Assembly: GCF_001194135.2 (NCBI RefSeq)
Contig: NC_068981.1
Location: 61,992,801-62,032,412 of the forward strand
From: Octopus bimaculoides
Taxonomy: Eukaryota
Length of the DNA stretch: 39,612 nucleotides
Direction: 5' to 3'
In this document: positions 23,633 through 35,355 of the stretch, piece by piece
How the letters are laid out: each line of letters starts with the position of its first letter
How positions within the stretch are numbered: the stretch's first letter is position 1
Notes under the pieces: generated by a model
What the model saw: the letters and a program-made list of their open reading frames with translations, nothing else
The model's database searches: none
What the model was told of the DNA's origin: nothing
Position numbers and translations under genes: made by a program

Positions 23633-24595
23633 TTAATGTATATTCGAGATGTGTGGCAGTGTTTGTTCGTGCACGTCTCTATACGTGCGCCGTGTGTGGT
23701 ACACATTTTCCTTAAACCAGAACCTTTCCTTCTCCAGTTATATTTCCATCAGTATGATATACTCTAAAATAATGAATGTCTGTCTATTCTGTAAATAGCA
23801 AATGTGCAATTTTATCATGCTCATAATAGCATGTGTCGGTGCTAGCATTAGTTTACACAATTATAATTTACGATGTTCTTCAGTTACCAATTATTTCAAA
23901 TATTTCGTTTCACTTATGAAACATTTTCGAGAATTAATTTTCGAGTATCGTGAACATATTGCTATAATTTGTTTTACCGATCTCATATAGAATAACGCCA
24001 ATGAACGTATATATAAACATCTATTTGCATGCTATTTAAAACTAACCGGGGGCACGTTGATTTGTTTTGATATGTAGTGATTTAGATAACGATGTCGATA
24101 GTGTTCGATATATCACTCCTCATTATACACATACATGGCAGTAGTTGCATTATTTATGTCAGTTTTTATTGTATGTTTCGCCAGAGATATCTGTATGATT
24201 TTACTTTCAAGATTTACTGTTCCTTTTGAGACTGATACCAGAGACTTAGTAAACCACTTCAAACTTCATTATCAATTTGACGGCTAGAATCATTGAATTA
24301 CAAAATGACTTATATTTTAAAATATTTAAGTTATATTTGTCATAAGATTATTTAAACTTTATATCAACACAATATTATTTAGAATATAATGTTTAGTAGA
24401 GTAGATGGTTCAGCGCACATTTATATATTTGTAATTTTTTTTTAATGTGAAGTCCCCCAAATTTCCTTGTTGCCGTTACGGTGAAACGAACTAGTATATA
24501 TTAATCTATGACGTTTTGGTCTTAATCTAATCCAAAATATTAAAATTATACATATTTTGGTTTGGTGTAATTAATGCAAATTGCTTCCGATGGAG

Positions 24596-24690
24596 CCAAA
24601 TTTAGCATAATTATGATGAACAATGCTTTGATCATATTGCAGGCATAGTGGCAAAGGCGCATGGGATTATGAATATTCATTAGAATACAA
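24596..24690. promoter_or_regulatory. Putative enhancer-like cluster of TF motifs
   Basis: ATTTAGCAT (octamer variant, 24600-24608), palindromic CATAATTATG (24606-24615), AACAATG (Sox, 24619-24625) and palindromic ATGAATATTCAT (MORE-like POU site, 24669-24680) in non-repeat sequence. Function not shown. Confidence 0.25.
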
Positions 24691-25221
24691 CAGCATATAA
24701 CAACCATACATAAAGAAGAAATAATAGAACATGTTAACACATTAACATTGATTCTCTCAATAATAAAACAAAATATTTCTCTAAGCAAAACTGGAAAAAT
24801 CACCGTTACAACGAATTAAAATTTACTTTTACCTGTAATACTAACTTTGTACACGTTATGTTGTTATTCTTAAAATTAACTTAAAATGGAAACTTTTAAA
24901 ATAAGTACGCACGCGCACACACACACAGACACACATGCACACACACACAAACACACACGCGCACGCACACACACACACGCAAATGCACATATGCATACAT
25001 GCAAGCTCAAAAGTACGAAAATACCCTTATGCTTTATGGTATATACCATGCAATAATCTTCGTGCCATTAGATGCAAAATAGTTCATTTCAACCTACTGG
25101 TATTTAGTTAACATTTTGATATTGTGAGAAAAATATGTGTGAAAATATATGTCAATATCTACAACGTTAATTGAATAAAATACTCTGTTAGGTATAATGC
25201 CTCCACCTACGTACATATATG

Positions 25222-25262
<41 letters not shown>

Positions 25263-25295
25263 GTGTGTGTGTGTGTGTATATTATTCTAATAGGT

Positions 25296-25507
25296 AAGGT
25301 GACGAACTCGCAGAATCGTTAGCACACCAGGTGAAATGCCTAGCGACATTTGGTTCGTTTTTATGTTCTGAGTTCAAATTCCGCTGAGGTCGACTTTGCC
25401 TTACACCCTTTTGATAAAATAAGTACACGTTGAGCACTGGGGGCGATGTAATTGATTTACACACTCCGAACAAAAATTGCTAGCCTCATGCCAAAATTTG
25501 AAATCAA
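25296..25507 (+). mobile_element. Full-length tRNA-derived SINE
   Basis: Head gacgaactcgcagaatcgttagcacacc, B-box-like gagttcaaattcc, body gaggtcgactttgcc..gttgagcactggggg, tail ccaaaatttgaaa. Homologous to 952-1121. Confidence 0.85.
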
Positions 25508-27221
25508 TGCTATATTGGATGACTGGAATATGATATTAGTACATGACAATTTATTCTGCTAATAGTAATCATATATTCATGGGAGCATTTTATTCTGAGA
25601 CGAACGTAATTCGTTTGACTTATATAGATGAATCCCCAACAAAGAAGGTCAACATTTAAGATATATCATCTACTTTATTCCATTCAGTATTTCACATATA
25701 TGTTTGAATGATGGAAGAACCGCACTAAATAGTGTTTCATATGCATCTCACATGTATTATTTAGGATGAATTCTGAAGACGTACTATTGACTTAACCAAA
25801 AGAGATCCATTGCTTTAGACCCGGTGAGAAGTGCGTTTTGAATAGCTAGAATAAGAACTACTTTTAGACTTGATGATACTTTTATGAAATTTTCGACCAA
25901 TATTCAAGGTATTGTAAATCTATTATATATTAAAAACAGCTGGTATTTTTCCGCCAAATGTAAAAAGACTGTTAAACAAAGATTTCTTTATTTGCATCTT
26001 TTGCTCAAAATTTCTTAAGTTTCTAATGTAATACTATTCGTACCACACATTATGTATCGCATTTACTCTTTTCAGTAATATATTTTTTAAAACATTATAT
26101 AACGGATCACTCGATTTGTCGTTAGTTTCAGTTAAAATCCAATAGAAACATAATCAATTTACTATGAAGACATATGGACTATTTTAGTTCCATGTAATCG
26201 ACCGAATATATGTGTTGGCGAAAGAAATGTTTCCAACTTATTTTCTTTTTGCTTGTATTGGAAACCAGTAAAATGTCCATTTCACTGTGGCCCAACTATA
26301 ACATATCTTATTCAAGATATTAACATAACAATAAAATTAGGAAGGATATTCAGCATTAGGTTTGATTATTTGAGTAATTCTTTCTATTTCTGAGTTTTGT
26401 GGTTGGCGTGATTTAGTGTCTGCGATATAATCTACATATCAATCCCTCAATATAAGCAATGAACAGAGAATTAAGTAGATGGAGTTTTAGATTGTATAAC
26501 TTGGAGTTGATTGTCCACATCAATAATAGCGCAATCATAGACGATTTGCCACGACATATTCCAGAATAAACGTTATAAATAGTATCAAAATTTATTAAAT
26601 GATTCAATTATTTATCCCAAGAATGCAGCAGGTAATTCGATTTCAGTTTATGAGCGAAATGCCTACTGAAATTCACGAATAGGAATTCAAAATTTCTATA
26701 GATAATAGTTTGGCAGTTATTCAGATTGAATGAGTGGAAAAGTTATGTGTAAGTACAAAGGAGATTATCATTATGAATGTTGCATAGACAAGGAATGTGA
26801 GTTCAGAAAAAAAAAAACTTAAATAAAATGAACCGTAGCTCAGTCAATGTAAATGCCATTTGGAATAATTGATTTTCATTTTGATATAATTCACCGAAAT
26901 GCCACTGGCAATTAATGCTGGGTTCGTTCATAATATATTACTTGAAGACATTTGCTATTATAAATTAATTAAGGGTTGTAATGAATTCATTGACAACGTC
27001 TCACACACTAGAGATTGAAGCAGTCAACTGCAGGCTTGATGAAAATCTTATCGATACTGGAGAATTGATAATGAAGAAAAAGTATCCTTTTGATAGAAAC
27101 AGTTTAAGACCAGCAGGTACATTCCGATTTTATATTCACGTATTTGTATGAACTCAACCGGCAACTTCACGATCATGAACAAAAACTAATTTTAAACGAG
27201 GCATATATGTGTACTGTGTCA

Positions 27222-27268
<47 letters not shown>

Positions 27269-27862
27269 NNNNNNNNNNNNNNNNNNNNNNNNNNNNNNNN
27301 NNNNNNNNNNNNNNNNNNNNNNNNNNNNNNNNNNNNNNNNNNNNNNNNNNNNNNNNNNNNNNNNNNNNNNNNNNNNNNNNNNNNNNNNNNNNNNNNNNNN
27401 NNNNNNNNNNNNNNNNNNNNNNNNNNNNNNNNNNNNNNNNNNNNNNNNNNNNNNNNNNNNNNNNNNNNNNNNNNNNNNNNNNNNNNNNNNNNNNNNNNNN
27501 NNNNNNNNNNNNNNNNNNNNNNNNNNNNNNNNNNNNNNNNNNNNNNNNNNNNNNNNNNNNNNNNNNNNNNNNNNNNNNNNNNNNNNNNNNNNNNNNNNNN
27601 NNNNNNNNNNNNNNNNNNNNNNNNNNNNNNNNNNNNNNNNNNNNNNNNNNNNNNNNNNNNNNNNNNNNNNNNNNNNNNNNNNNNNNNNNNNNNNNNNNNN
27701 NNNNNNNNNNNNNNNNNNNNNNNNNNNNNNNNNNNNNNNNNNNNNNNNNNNNNNNNNNNNNNNNNNNNNNNNNNNNNNNNNNNNNNNNNNNNNNNNNNNN
27801 NNNNNNNNNNNNNNNNNNNNNNNNNNNNNNNNNNNNNNNNNNNNNNNNNNNNNNNNNNNNNN
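27269..27862. other. Assembly gap (N run)
   Basis: N run between (CA)/(TA) repeats. Confidence 1.
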
Positions 27863-28380
27863 TATATATATATATATGATTATATATACCTATACATACA
27901 TACATGTAGTAGGGTGTCTCTTTGTCAGCGTAAACATTTTTTCTGACTGCCCCATTGTCTTGTGTTGTGCCAGTTAATGAAAACATGAGCTATACAAAGT
28001 GACAGGTCTCTAAAAGCACTTTGTAACCAAACAAGCCTCTTGAAGTTGAAAAAATGGTCAATATTGTCCATTTTGATTGTGCTTGTGCACTGTTAAAGTC
28101 AAAAGACATCTGTTTATATGACTCCATTGCCGTAGGGAGCTTTTCTCCCTGGTCAGTCGTTTGAAAAGTGCTTTCACGTGGTTAAGAATCGTTTTGAATC
28201 TTCGTTCTAGTTATTCTGGTGCCGACTAGCACGCTCAGTCAGTTTGGTGACGACAATATTTCTGCCTTCCGCTTCTGTGATGATGTTTGCCCTGATGTAT
28301 TTCAGAATTTCAGTGCGCAGTCGTATATTTCATCTGGAGAGAAAAAGAGGAAGAGGTGGTGAGAGAGAGACACATATACA

Positions 28381-28421
<41 letters not shown>

Positions 28422-28635
28422 NNNNNNNNNNNNNNNNNNNNNNNNNNNNNNNNNNNNNNNNNNNNNNNNNNNNNNNNNNNNNNNNNNNNNNNNNNNNNNN
28501 NNNNNNNNNNNNNNNNNNNNNNNNNNNNNNNNNNNNNNNNNNNNNNNNNNNNNNNNNNNNNNNNNNNNNNNNNNNNNNNNNNNNNNNNNNNNNNNNNNNN
28601 NNNNNNNNNNNNNNNNNNNNNNNNNNNNNNNNNNN
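28422..28635. other. Assembly gap (N run)
   Basis: N run between (TA)n and GA-rich repeats. Confidence 1.
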
Positions 28636-29097
28636 TAAGAGAGACAAAAAGAGGTAGCGGTAGTGAGAAAGAGAGATAGTGAAATAGTGAGAGAGTGGGA
28701 GAGATAAAAACATAGAGAGGGACCTATAGAAAGAGAGAAAGGGGATGTCCGGCGACGATTTCAAAGGAATAAATGTAACGTATAAACTTAGAGAAAGTTG
28801 GAGTTGGATTAAGCGACAGGTGGAAAATAAGTCCACAGGCGTCTGCGGATTTGTCAAATTAATTGAAATGGCACAAAAAAACCTGAAATATTATCAATTT
28901 TATTTAGTGTTCTCAACGGTCAACGTACAATCAAACAAGCAAACAATCAAGCAAACAAACTTTGCTTTATATAAGGATAGAGTTATACTATTGCTGCTAT
29001 TCTTATTCTCACCAGGGGTCCATTATGTCAACTGAGACACTGGTGTTGACTGCTTTTCAATTGAAATAGGCTTTGAATCTGCCCAAAGATAACTCAC

Positions 29098-29140
29098 ATC
29101 GGTATTTCCCATTGAGAAAGGCTACAGAGCAGAAATGCGC
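29098..29140 (-). CDS. Candidate 43-nt internal exon of an unidentified gene
   Basis: Pyrimidine-rich acceptor tttcctacttgtgtattccag and donor GAT|gtgagt. Two frames are open (AHFCSVAFLNGKYR or AFLLCSLSQWEIP). No homology recognised. Confidence 0.25.
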
Positions 29141-29830
29141 CTGGAATACACAAGTAGGAAACACTGAGCAGATGTGATGTTTTTACGACATTTACCATAG
29201 TAGAGAGTTTTTCCGCCACTGCAGTGAATTCGCATTGAGATTTTCAAATATGCTACAGTCATATTTTAACGAATTTACATTTCATAAGTGTGTGTGTGTA
29301 GGTGTGTGCGCGCGTGCGCCTGCGTGTGTGAGTACGTCTGCAAATATGTATGTTGCGGGTGAGAGGATTAGTATATGGGTGACTCATCGTATGCGTATGT
29401 GTACTGATTTTAGCATGTATTAGTACATAATTTGACTATTCACAGATGCGAAAGTATGAAGAATACTTTTACTTTTGCAGAAAACATACATAATTAATTT
29501 AGGCTACCCAACTATTCTGCATCGCTTGCGATTATTTTATGGTTTATTCTAATGGAATTTTAAATAGACTTTTATCAGCAACGTTTATATTTTTATACAA
29601 CGCATGTGTCTCAAATTAATTAGTTATTAAATCATGTACTTAGCAATTTTTCTCCAATATATCTTCATGTCATTCGATTTATCGCTGAGAAAATCAATTA
29701 TTTTGTGTTCGGTAACCATTTTGTTAAAACAACGTAATTTCCATCAAATACAATATGAGATTCATCCCACTCTATCGCTTTCCCTCTCTCCGAATATCTA
29801 CATACCTGCTCTCTTCTCGGCCTCTCTCAT

Positions 29831-29882
<52 letters not shown>

Positions 29883-29922
29883 NNNNNNNNNNNNNNNNNN
29901 NNNNNNNNNNNNNNNNNNNNNN
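29883..29922. other. Assembly gap (N run) after (TCTA)n
   Basis: N run. Confidence 1.
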
Positions 29923-30841
29923 GCGTCATACTAATACATCCTTTTGTTATTTACACCGCCTGTCCTCGTCTGTTGTTGTTTTTTCGTACATTCTCTCCTA
30001 TATATATATATATATATATATACACATGTGTGTGTGTGTGTTTATGTATGTATACCCACGTATGTTACACTCATCAAATAAGATTAATAAATTATATTTG
30101 GCTTCGATGTTCGGGGCTAAACTATTATTCATAGCTTCAAAATGAAGTATTAAATAATGTAGTTAAAAGAAAAGTAAACGATACATGTTGAAGGAATGAA
30201 ACTTTCATTCTTTAAAGTGCGACAAATATTTCTCAGAATGTTTAATGCGTGTGTTTTTATGTGTATATAGTTTTGCCTACGTTGCTATAAATCCAACTAT
30301 CGGGATATGTCCTTTAGTTTGTTTTGGTCATATTATTACATCCGCCTTCGCTGTGGCGGAGGTATTGCTTTCAGTATTGCTTCCTTCTTTGTCCTTGGAC
30401 AAGATATCTCAAGAACTACAATCTTTTATTATCTCCCTTGAAAGCACGCTCATGGTTTCCACGTAAATTATGGTGGCGTTGCTGTTTCCAAAGTTTTATT
30501 TTCTTTTCTCTGTTATTAATTTTACTCGTGTCTCTTTCTTAAATCTTGAGAACGGTCGAGTTCATTTTTAGTTTTCTCGTTTGTGAGAGAAGTTGAGTTT
30601 ATTTTAGATATTCTTATTTTAAAAAATCACCTCCGGCTAATTGTTGAGAGGACGTTGGTGTTGTAGTCGAGTCATTTGATTCCCTGTTGCGTTTGATGTG
30701 TGTTCGCTTCATGTGAGTCTTCTTGTTGTTTAAATTGCTGAAGGTCTACCGCACCTAATTGTTGTATAAGTGAATTGTTAAATTTATTGTTACCTGAATT
30801 TTTATTTTTGTTTCCCATTTATGGGTGAAGTTGCGGATAAT

Positions 30842-32181
30842 ATGGTTATAGAATGTCAACCAGTTCCAGCAGGTAGTTACGCGCAGTGACTGGGATGAGT
30901 GTAACAGCAGATATACTGCAAGTAAGAGAAATTCGACTGAAGGAAACTGATTCTAAGGAATAAAATGAATTGTTAAGAAAAGAAGGAGACATCCTAAGGC
31001 TGACGCCGTCTAAGGAAATTATTGAAAAAACAGGAAAAAAAGGACAGTAGTATACTGAACGCTGTTTATCGCTACAAAAAGAGTGGAAATAACTGCAGTA
31101 GAGACAGTCAAAGAATGCTTGAAAGAAATCAAAAGTCTAACGACGTACTACGCCATGGGGAATAAATATGGCATAGTGGGGGTACGCTTCGCGAGTGAAG
31201 AAGAAGCGATAAATCACTCCACTGATCCTTTGACATGGATTGAGTGGGTACTACTACTAACCTACTGTGGCAAACGTGCGGCCTGTGTGAGGGTTGGTAG
31301 AGTGCCCCCAGAAATGGACGAGGCGTGGCTGGTGGCAGTCATCCTCTATAATAGAGAAGAGGAAACCAAAATACTGCAAATTACAAGAACTACGGAGGTA
31401 AACTGGTAGGGATATGGCCTTGAGGTGTCGTTTCAAATCAGTTTACCAGATCTCAACAAAATTGCAGAGGAATTGGTGTTGCGGAGTACGGGGACACATG
31501 AGAGCTAAGTATTCCCAGAAACATGAAGAGGAGGGGACGGAGAAAGAAAAGCAAGACGTTTCAACCATAAAAGAGCAAGGTATGGAAGAACAGTATACAG
31601 TGGTGAAGAGGAAGGATAGTAACGCAGAGTTATCACCAAAATGTCCTAAGAAGAAAAGAAAAGGAAATGGAGAGGAGACGCAGACCGTGGAATAAGGAAA
31701 AGCGAAAGAGCAGAGAAAAAAATTAAAGGCCAACAAATGTAAGTGAAGGGGTCGAGGAGCGAAGGCAGAAACGTTTAGCAACAATCAGCAAGGAGGAGAA
31801 AGTACAGAAGCAAAAGGAAGATAGCAATAAAGAATGAGAGACATACAGATAGAAATACTAGCAACAGTAGAAGAGATTGGTGAAGAAGATAAGAGAGAGA
31901 GAGGTACCGAAAGGAAAACAAGTAAGAAATATGATACAATCCACAAAAAGTATAGAAAAAAAGATTGCGAAAATGAAGAATGTTATTAGAATTAAATTGC
32001 CATTCATTGTTTGAATGGTTCAAACATACATTGTTTGAAAGCTGTTCCGCTGGAAAGAGAGAGACGAGCATTGTTCAAGGAATTGATTGGTGAAACGTTA
32101 GAAGAGGCACCGGTACAGTATCGTTTTGATGAATTGCTGCCGGTGTGGGCATTCGAAGATCTAGTGGAGTACTTGGCGTAA
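30842..32181 (+). mobile_element. L1/Tx1-type ORF1 only (second, diverged copy)
   Basis: ETVKECLKEI..YYAMGNKYGIVGVRFASEEEAINHSTDPL and RVPPEMDEAWLVAVIL..EEETKIL align by eye with ORF1 of the 17878-21400 element. A K/E-rich linker follows, and the frame ends ...LLPVWAFEDLVEYLA* at 32181. Confidence 0.8.
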
Positions 32182-32209
32182 ATGACGGTAAGTGAGGAAA
32201 TCTAAGAAC

Positions 32210-33680
32210 TGACCATCACCAGGTCATTTTATCCCGTGAGTTCCTCTGTTTTTTTTGACATACATTGCCGCCTGTTATGGCCTATCTGTGGATTAGGCGG
32301 CACATTTCTTGTTGGTGATTTCTAAAGATAGTATCTGATGTGTTAGCCTTCATTTCTCGATTTGTGTGTATTGGCATATCTAAGTGTATCGTTTCTTTGT
32401 CATTTTCTTATAGCATTTTCTTCTGCTGTCATTTCATAGTACAGCCACAACTTCCAGTGTATATAGGTCCCAACACTACCGTGTCTGTGGAGTGTTTATA
32501 TTGATCCTTAAAACTGAGCAGCGAGAATCAATACGATTTATTGTCTCTTCCCTTTCGCAACACTTCATGATTTACTGATTGTTTTGTTTCTTTTCTTCAT
32601 TATGAGTTTTCATGGGGAAGCTTCAATTTTGTGCCGCAATTAAAATTCCTTCAGTCTCTGGTTTGAGTCCCGAGATCCTCAACCATTGTTCGGATTTTAC
32701 TTTGTCTGTTTACTTTTTGTTCAGCTTATCCCAGTAGTTGCTATGTAAAACATTTTCTCATTCTTTCATCAACTATATTGTGTAGTTTGGGATTTAGCTT
32801 GGATTTTGGTTGCTTTACAGCTTTGCAATTTCTTCTTTATCACCATAGTTATCGGGTTTTATTATCTATTTCCTGTATTTTTGGGCTTCCTCGATGACCG
32901 GAGGCGATTTTTCTTCTCTTGCACATGGTTTGTGGCTATTTTCTTTGTTTCCGAGTAAGATATTTCTTTTGCCGATCAAGCTACTCAAATTATATGTTTA
33001 TAGTGATTTGTTTATTGTGATTCAAATGTGTGGAGTGTACAGTTCTATGATGTAAATTTTACAGAAATTTTGTTGCTGTATCACCTTCAAATCGTTGTTG
33101 ATCTACCACCATCAAATCGTTGTAATTTAACACTTCTACTTCAGATTTAGGGAGGTGGATTCTAAATTCACTCATTATTCATTTTGTTTTCTTGTGTAGC
33201 TAACCTAGATCATTTAAGAGTATTGAAGCTGTAACTGATAACCAGGAAAGCTAGGGTATTATTAGCTATTAATTTTTGCACTAAACAATGATTTAAATAC
33301 TAATCTATCTCGTCTATAATATTCCATCTTTATCTTCTCTTTCATTTGTGTGTATTGTACTGTATCTAGTTCATTCATTTCTACGTATTCGTATGTCTGG
33401 GTTTCGTTTAGTTCTCTTATTTCATTTTCTTCATCTCGTATAAAATATTTCTTCTTCAATAGTTTTCCTTTTTTCAAGTTTGACTTGGCACCTTTTTCTA
33501 TACTGAGTGTCATATATATTTCGTTCATAAATCCATGCACTTTCTGTAGTAACGTTTCCAGTTCCTTATCATTTGTCGCATTCGGCTTAATGTCAACAAC
33601 ATACAAGAGATTACCGATCGTTTTATTTTCACGTTTATATGCACATTCAGTTAGAATCTCAATTAAAGACATCAATGACA
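32210..33680 (-). mobile_element. Dong/R4-type LINE, 5'-truncated: RT domains 5-7, zinc knuckle, restriction-like endonuclease
   Basis: TIGNLLYVVDIK..TNDKELETLL (degenerate YMDD), KEKIKMEYYRRDRLVFKS, NTLAFLVISYSF, DKVKSEQWLRISGLKPETEGILIAAQ, CCEREETINRIDSRC (CCHC remnant), HRHGSVGTYIHWKL, DMPIHTNREMKANTSD (RPD region). Confidence 0.9.
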
Positions 33681-33824
33681 CACAGAAGGAGAATGGAGAG
33701 GGAGAGAGAGAGAGAGACTCCTTAAAATATTCTGCAACTAATGGGATAGTTGAAGCTTCATAATTCCTTCTTTTGTCTAACTGCAGAAGTTTTTTTTGCC
33801 ATTTTTGCCTAGAACGGGTGGTGC

Positions 33825-33937
33825 GTTGCGTTCTTGAGCAAAACATTTCATCTCACGTCGCTCTGCGACTACTTCGCCACGTGACATGAGGTTTGTATAT
33901 AGTACCTTTTCAAGCAACATCGATTTGATGGAGGGAC
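33825..33937 (+). mobile_element. SINE-like fragment (family of 2270-2490)
   Basis: ggtgcgttgcgttcttgagcaaaacatttcatctcacgt..gatttgatggaggg. Confidence 0.55.
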
Positions 33938-35090
33938 GTTGGTCGTAGCAGTAGTAGTAGTACTATGGTTCAAATCCTTTTGGCTAAACAACGGATTTGC
34001 ACCATATCAGACACAAACACCCGACACACGTCTCCAAGAATTCAGAGCTACACTCAAAAATAGGAATTATCCACGACCCCTAATAGACAATACAGTCCAA
34101 CGAACACTTAAATCAAATATAGTAGACCTGAGACAATCAAAACCAAAAGGGGATGAAAAATTAAAAACCCTACCCTACATCTCTACACACAAACCACTAA
34201 TCAAAGAGGCCTTCAACACCATACTCCAAAACACAGCCCTACTCAAGGAAAACCCAAAGATGAACCAAATCCTCCAAACGTACACCATCATAAAAAGCAA
34301 ACGACAACGAACATCCTTAAAGATTTTAAGACAGGCTAAACTGCACCCAATAATAACCACAAAACCAACAGTCAAAAAGTGTTGTAGGCCAAACTGCGGG
34401 ATTTGTACCATCTTAGTAGAATGTTCGGAATACACATTAGAACAAGGCCATCATTTCACCATCAGAAAAAACTTCACCTGTGCATCGGAAAACTTAATTT
34501 ATGTGATAACATGTGCAGGATGCAATAGGCAATATATAGGCCATACAAAAAACAGCCTACCAAAAAGGACGGTAATACATAAATCCCAAATTAGGAATAC
34601 TGAATACATGAAAATATCTGTCAGCGACCACACAAACAGATGTACACCGAATAAAAATCCAAAGTTTACGACCTTCCCACTTAACCAACTCAATAACAAC
34701 GCAAGTTTCACCCAACGTCAAAACAAAGAGCTTCATTTTATTAGAAAATTCGGGCCAAGTTTAAACACCCTGGGGCAATAACATTAAAATCATATATTGG
34801 TTATCCAAAAAGGGGAAAAAAGAATCCTACAACTCCACCACCACTACCACGATAACTACTACTATTGCAAACAGCGGTCCCTGCTACAACTACTACTACT
34901 ACTACGACCAACAGCCTTTGCTACTGCTGCTATTACGGTCACTACTACTACTACTGCTACGACCAACAGTCGCTGCTACTACTGCTATTACAGTCACTAC
35001 TACTGCTGCTGCTACTGCATCCACGGACAGCGGTCACTCTCGTTTACCATTACCAACACGTTGGCTGTAGTAGTCTACAGCCAACGATTC
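33938..35090 (+). mobile_element. Penelope-like element, 5'-truncated, with CTA-rich tail
   Basis: Encodes an RT C-terminus and GIY-YIG endonuclease; a tandem CTA-rich tail follows, and an inverted tail copy sits at the 5' junction. Confidence 0.9.
33939..34781 (+). CDS. PLE ORF remnant: RT thumb, Cys-rich linker, GIY-YIG endonuclease (no true start)
   Basis: RLQEFRATLKNRNYPRPLID (thumb), LPYISTHKP, KCCRPNCGICT (Cys linker), FTCASENLIYVITCAGCNRQYIGHTKNSLPKRTVIHKSQI, VSDH..C, ELHFIRKFGPSLN. No stops over 280 codons; the first ~9 residues come from the inverted microsatellite. Confidence 0.85.
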   Translation: MVVAVVVVLWFKSFWLNNGFAPYQTQTPDTRLQEFRATLKNRNYPRPLIDNTVQRTLKSNIVDLRQSKPKGDEKLKTLPYISTHKPLIKEAFNTILQNTALLKENPKMNQILQTYTIIKSKRQRTSLKILRQAKLHPIITTKPTVKKCCRPNCGICTILVECSEYTLEQGHHFTIRKNFTCASENLIYVITCAGCNRQYIGHTKNSLPKRTVIHKSQIRNTEYMKISVSDHTNRCTPNKNPKFTTFPLNQLNNNASFTQRQNKELHFIRKFGPSLNTLGQ

Positions 35091-35355
35091 AAGTCAACGC
35101 ACTAGACAGGCATTATGTCCCCACACAAAAATGCTCCCACGTGGACTATGTTGACACCAGTAAGAAACAATTATGAACACTTCTTTTCATTTCATTTTTT
35201 TTTTAAATATGTATTATTGATAAGGTTCCTTTTCTTAAGAACTGAAACATGTAAAATATCTCTGAGAACATTATAAATTAAAATTTATTTTGTATAGTGG
35301 CGTATTGAAACTTCTTTTTTATAAATATATACCCACTCGTATGCCAACTAGACTT

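Noticed and set aside
24546-24803. Hydrophobic ORF as a GPCR or membrane protein
   Set aside because: Hydrophobicity follows from T-rich composition, and no receptor motifs are present.
28302-28304. TGA as selenocysteine or readthrough after DCALKF
   Set aside because: The exon itself is unproven, more stops follow in frame, and no SECIS was identified.
28211-28340. TM5-like TTIFLPSASVMMFALMYFRI as a GPCR fragment
   Set aside because: No neighbouring TM3, TM6 or TM7 motifs, and in-frame stops lie just upstream.
27144-28857. Long ORFs of 100-277 aa (also 35278-35607 and 37093-37875)
   Set aside because: They are open only because they cross N gaps and TA/CA repeats.
33087-33123. 12-bp direct repeat tcaaatcgttgt
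   Set aside because: Small local duplication inside the decayed Dong element, with no further structure.
33262-33846. 194-aa ORF as a host protein
   Set aside because: The N-terminus is SINE plus GA repeat; the rest is Dong/R4 RT.
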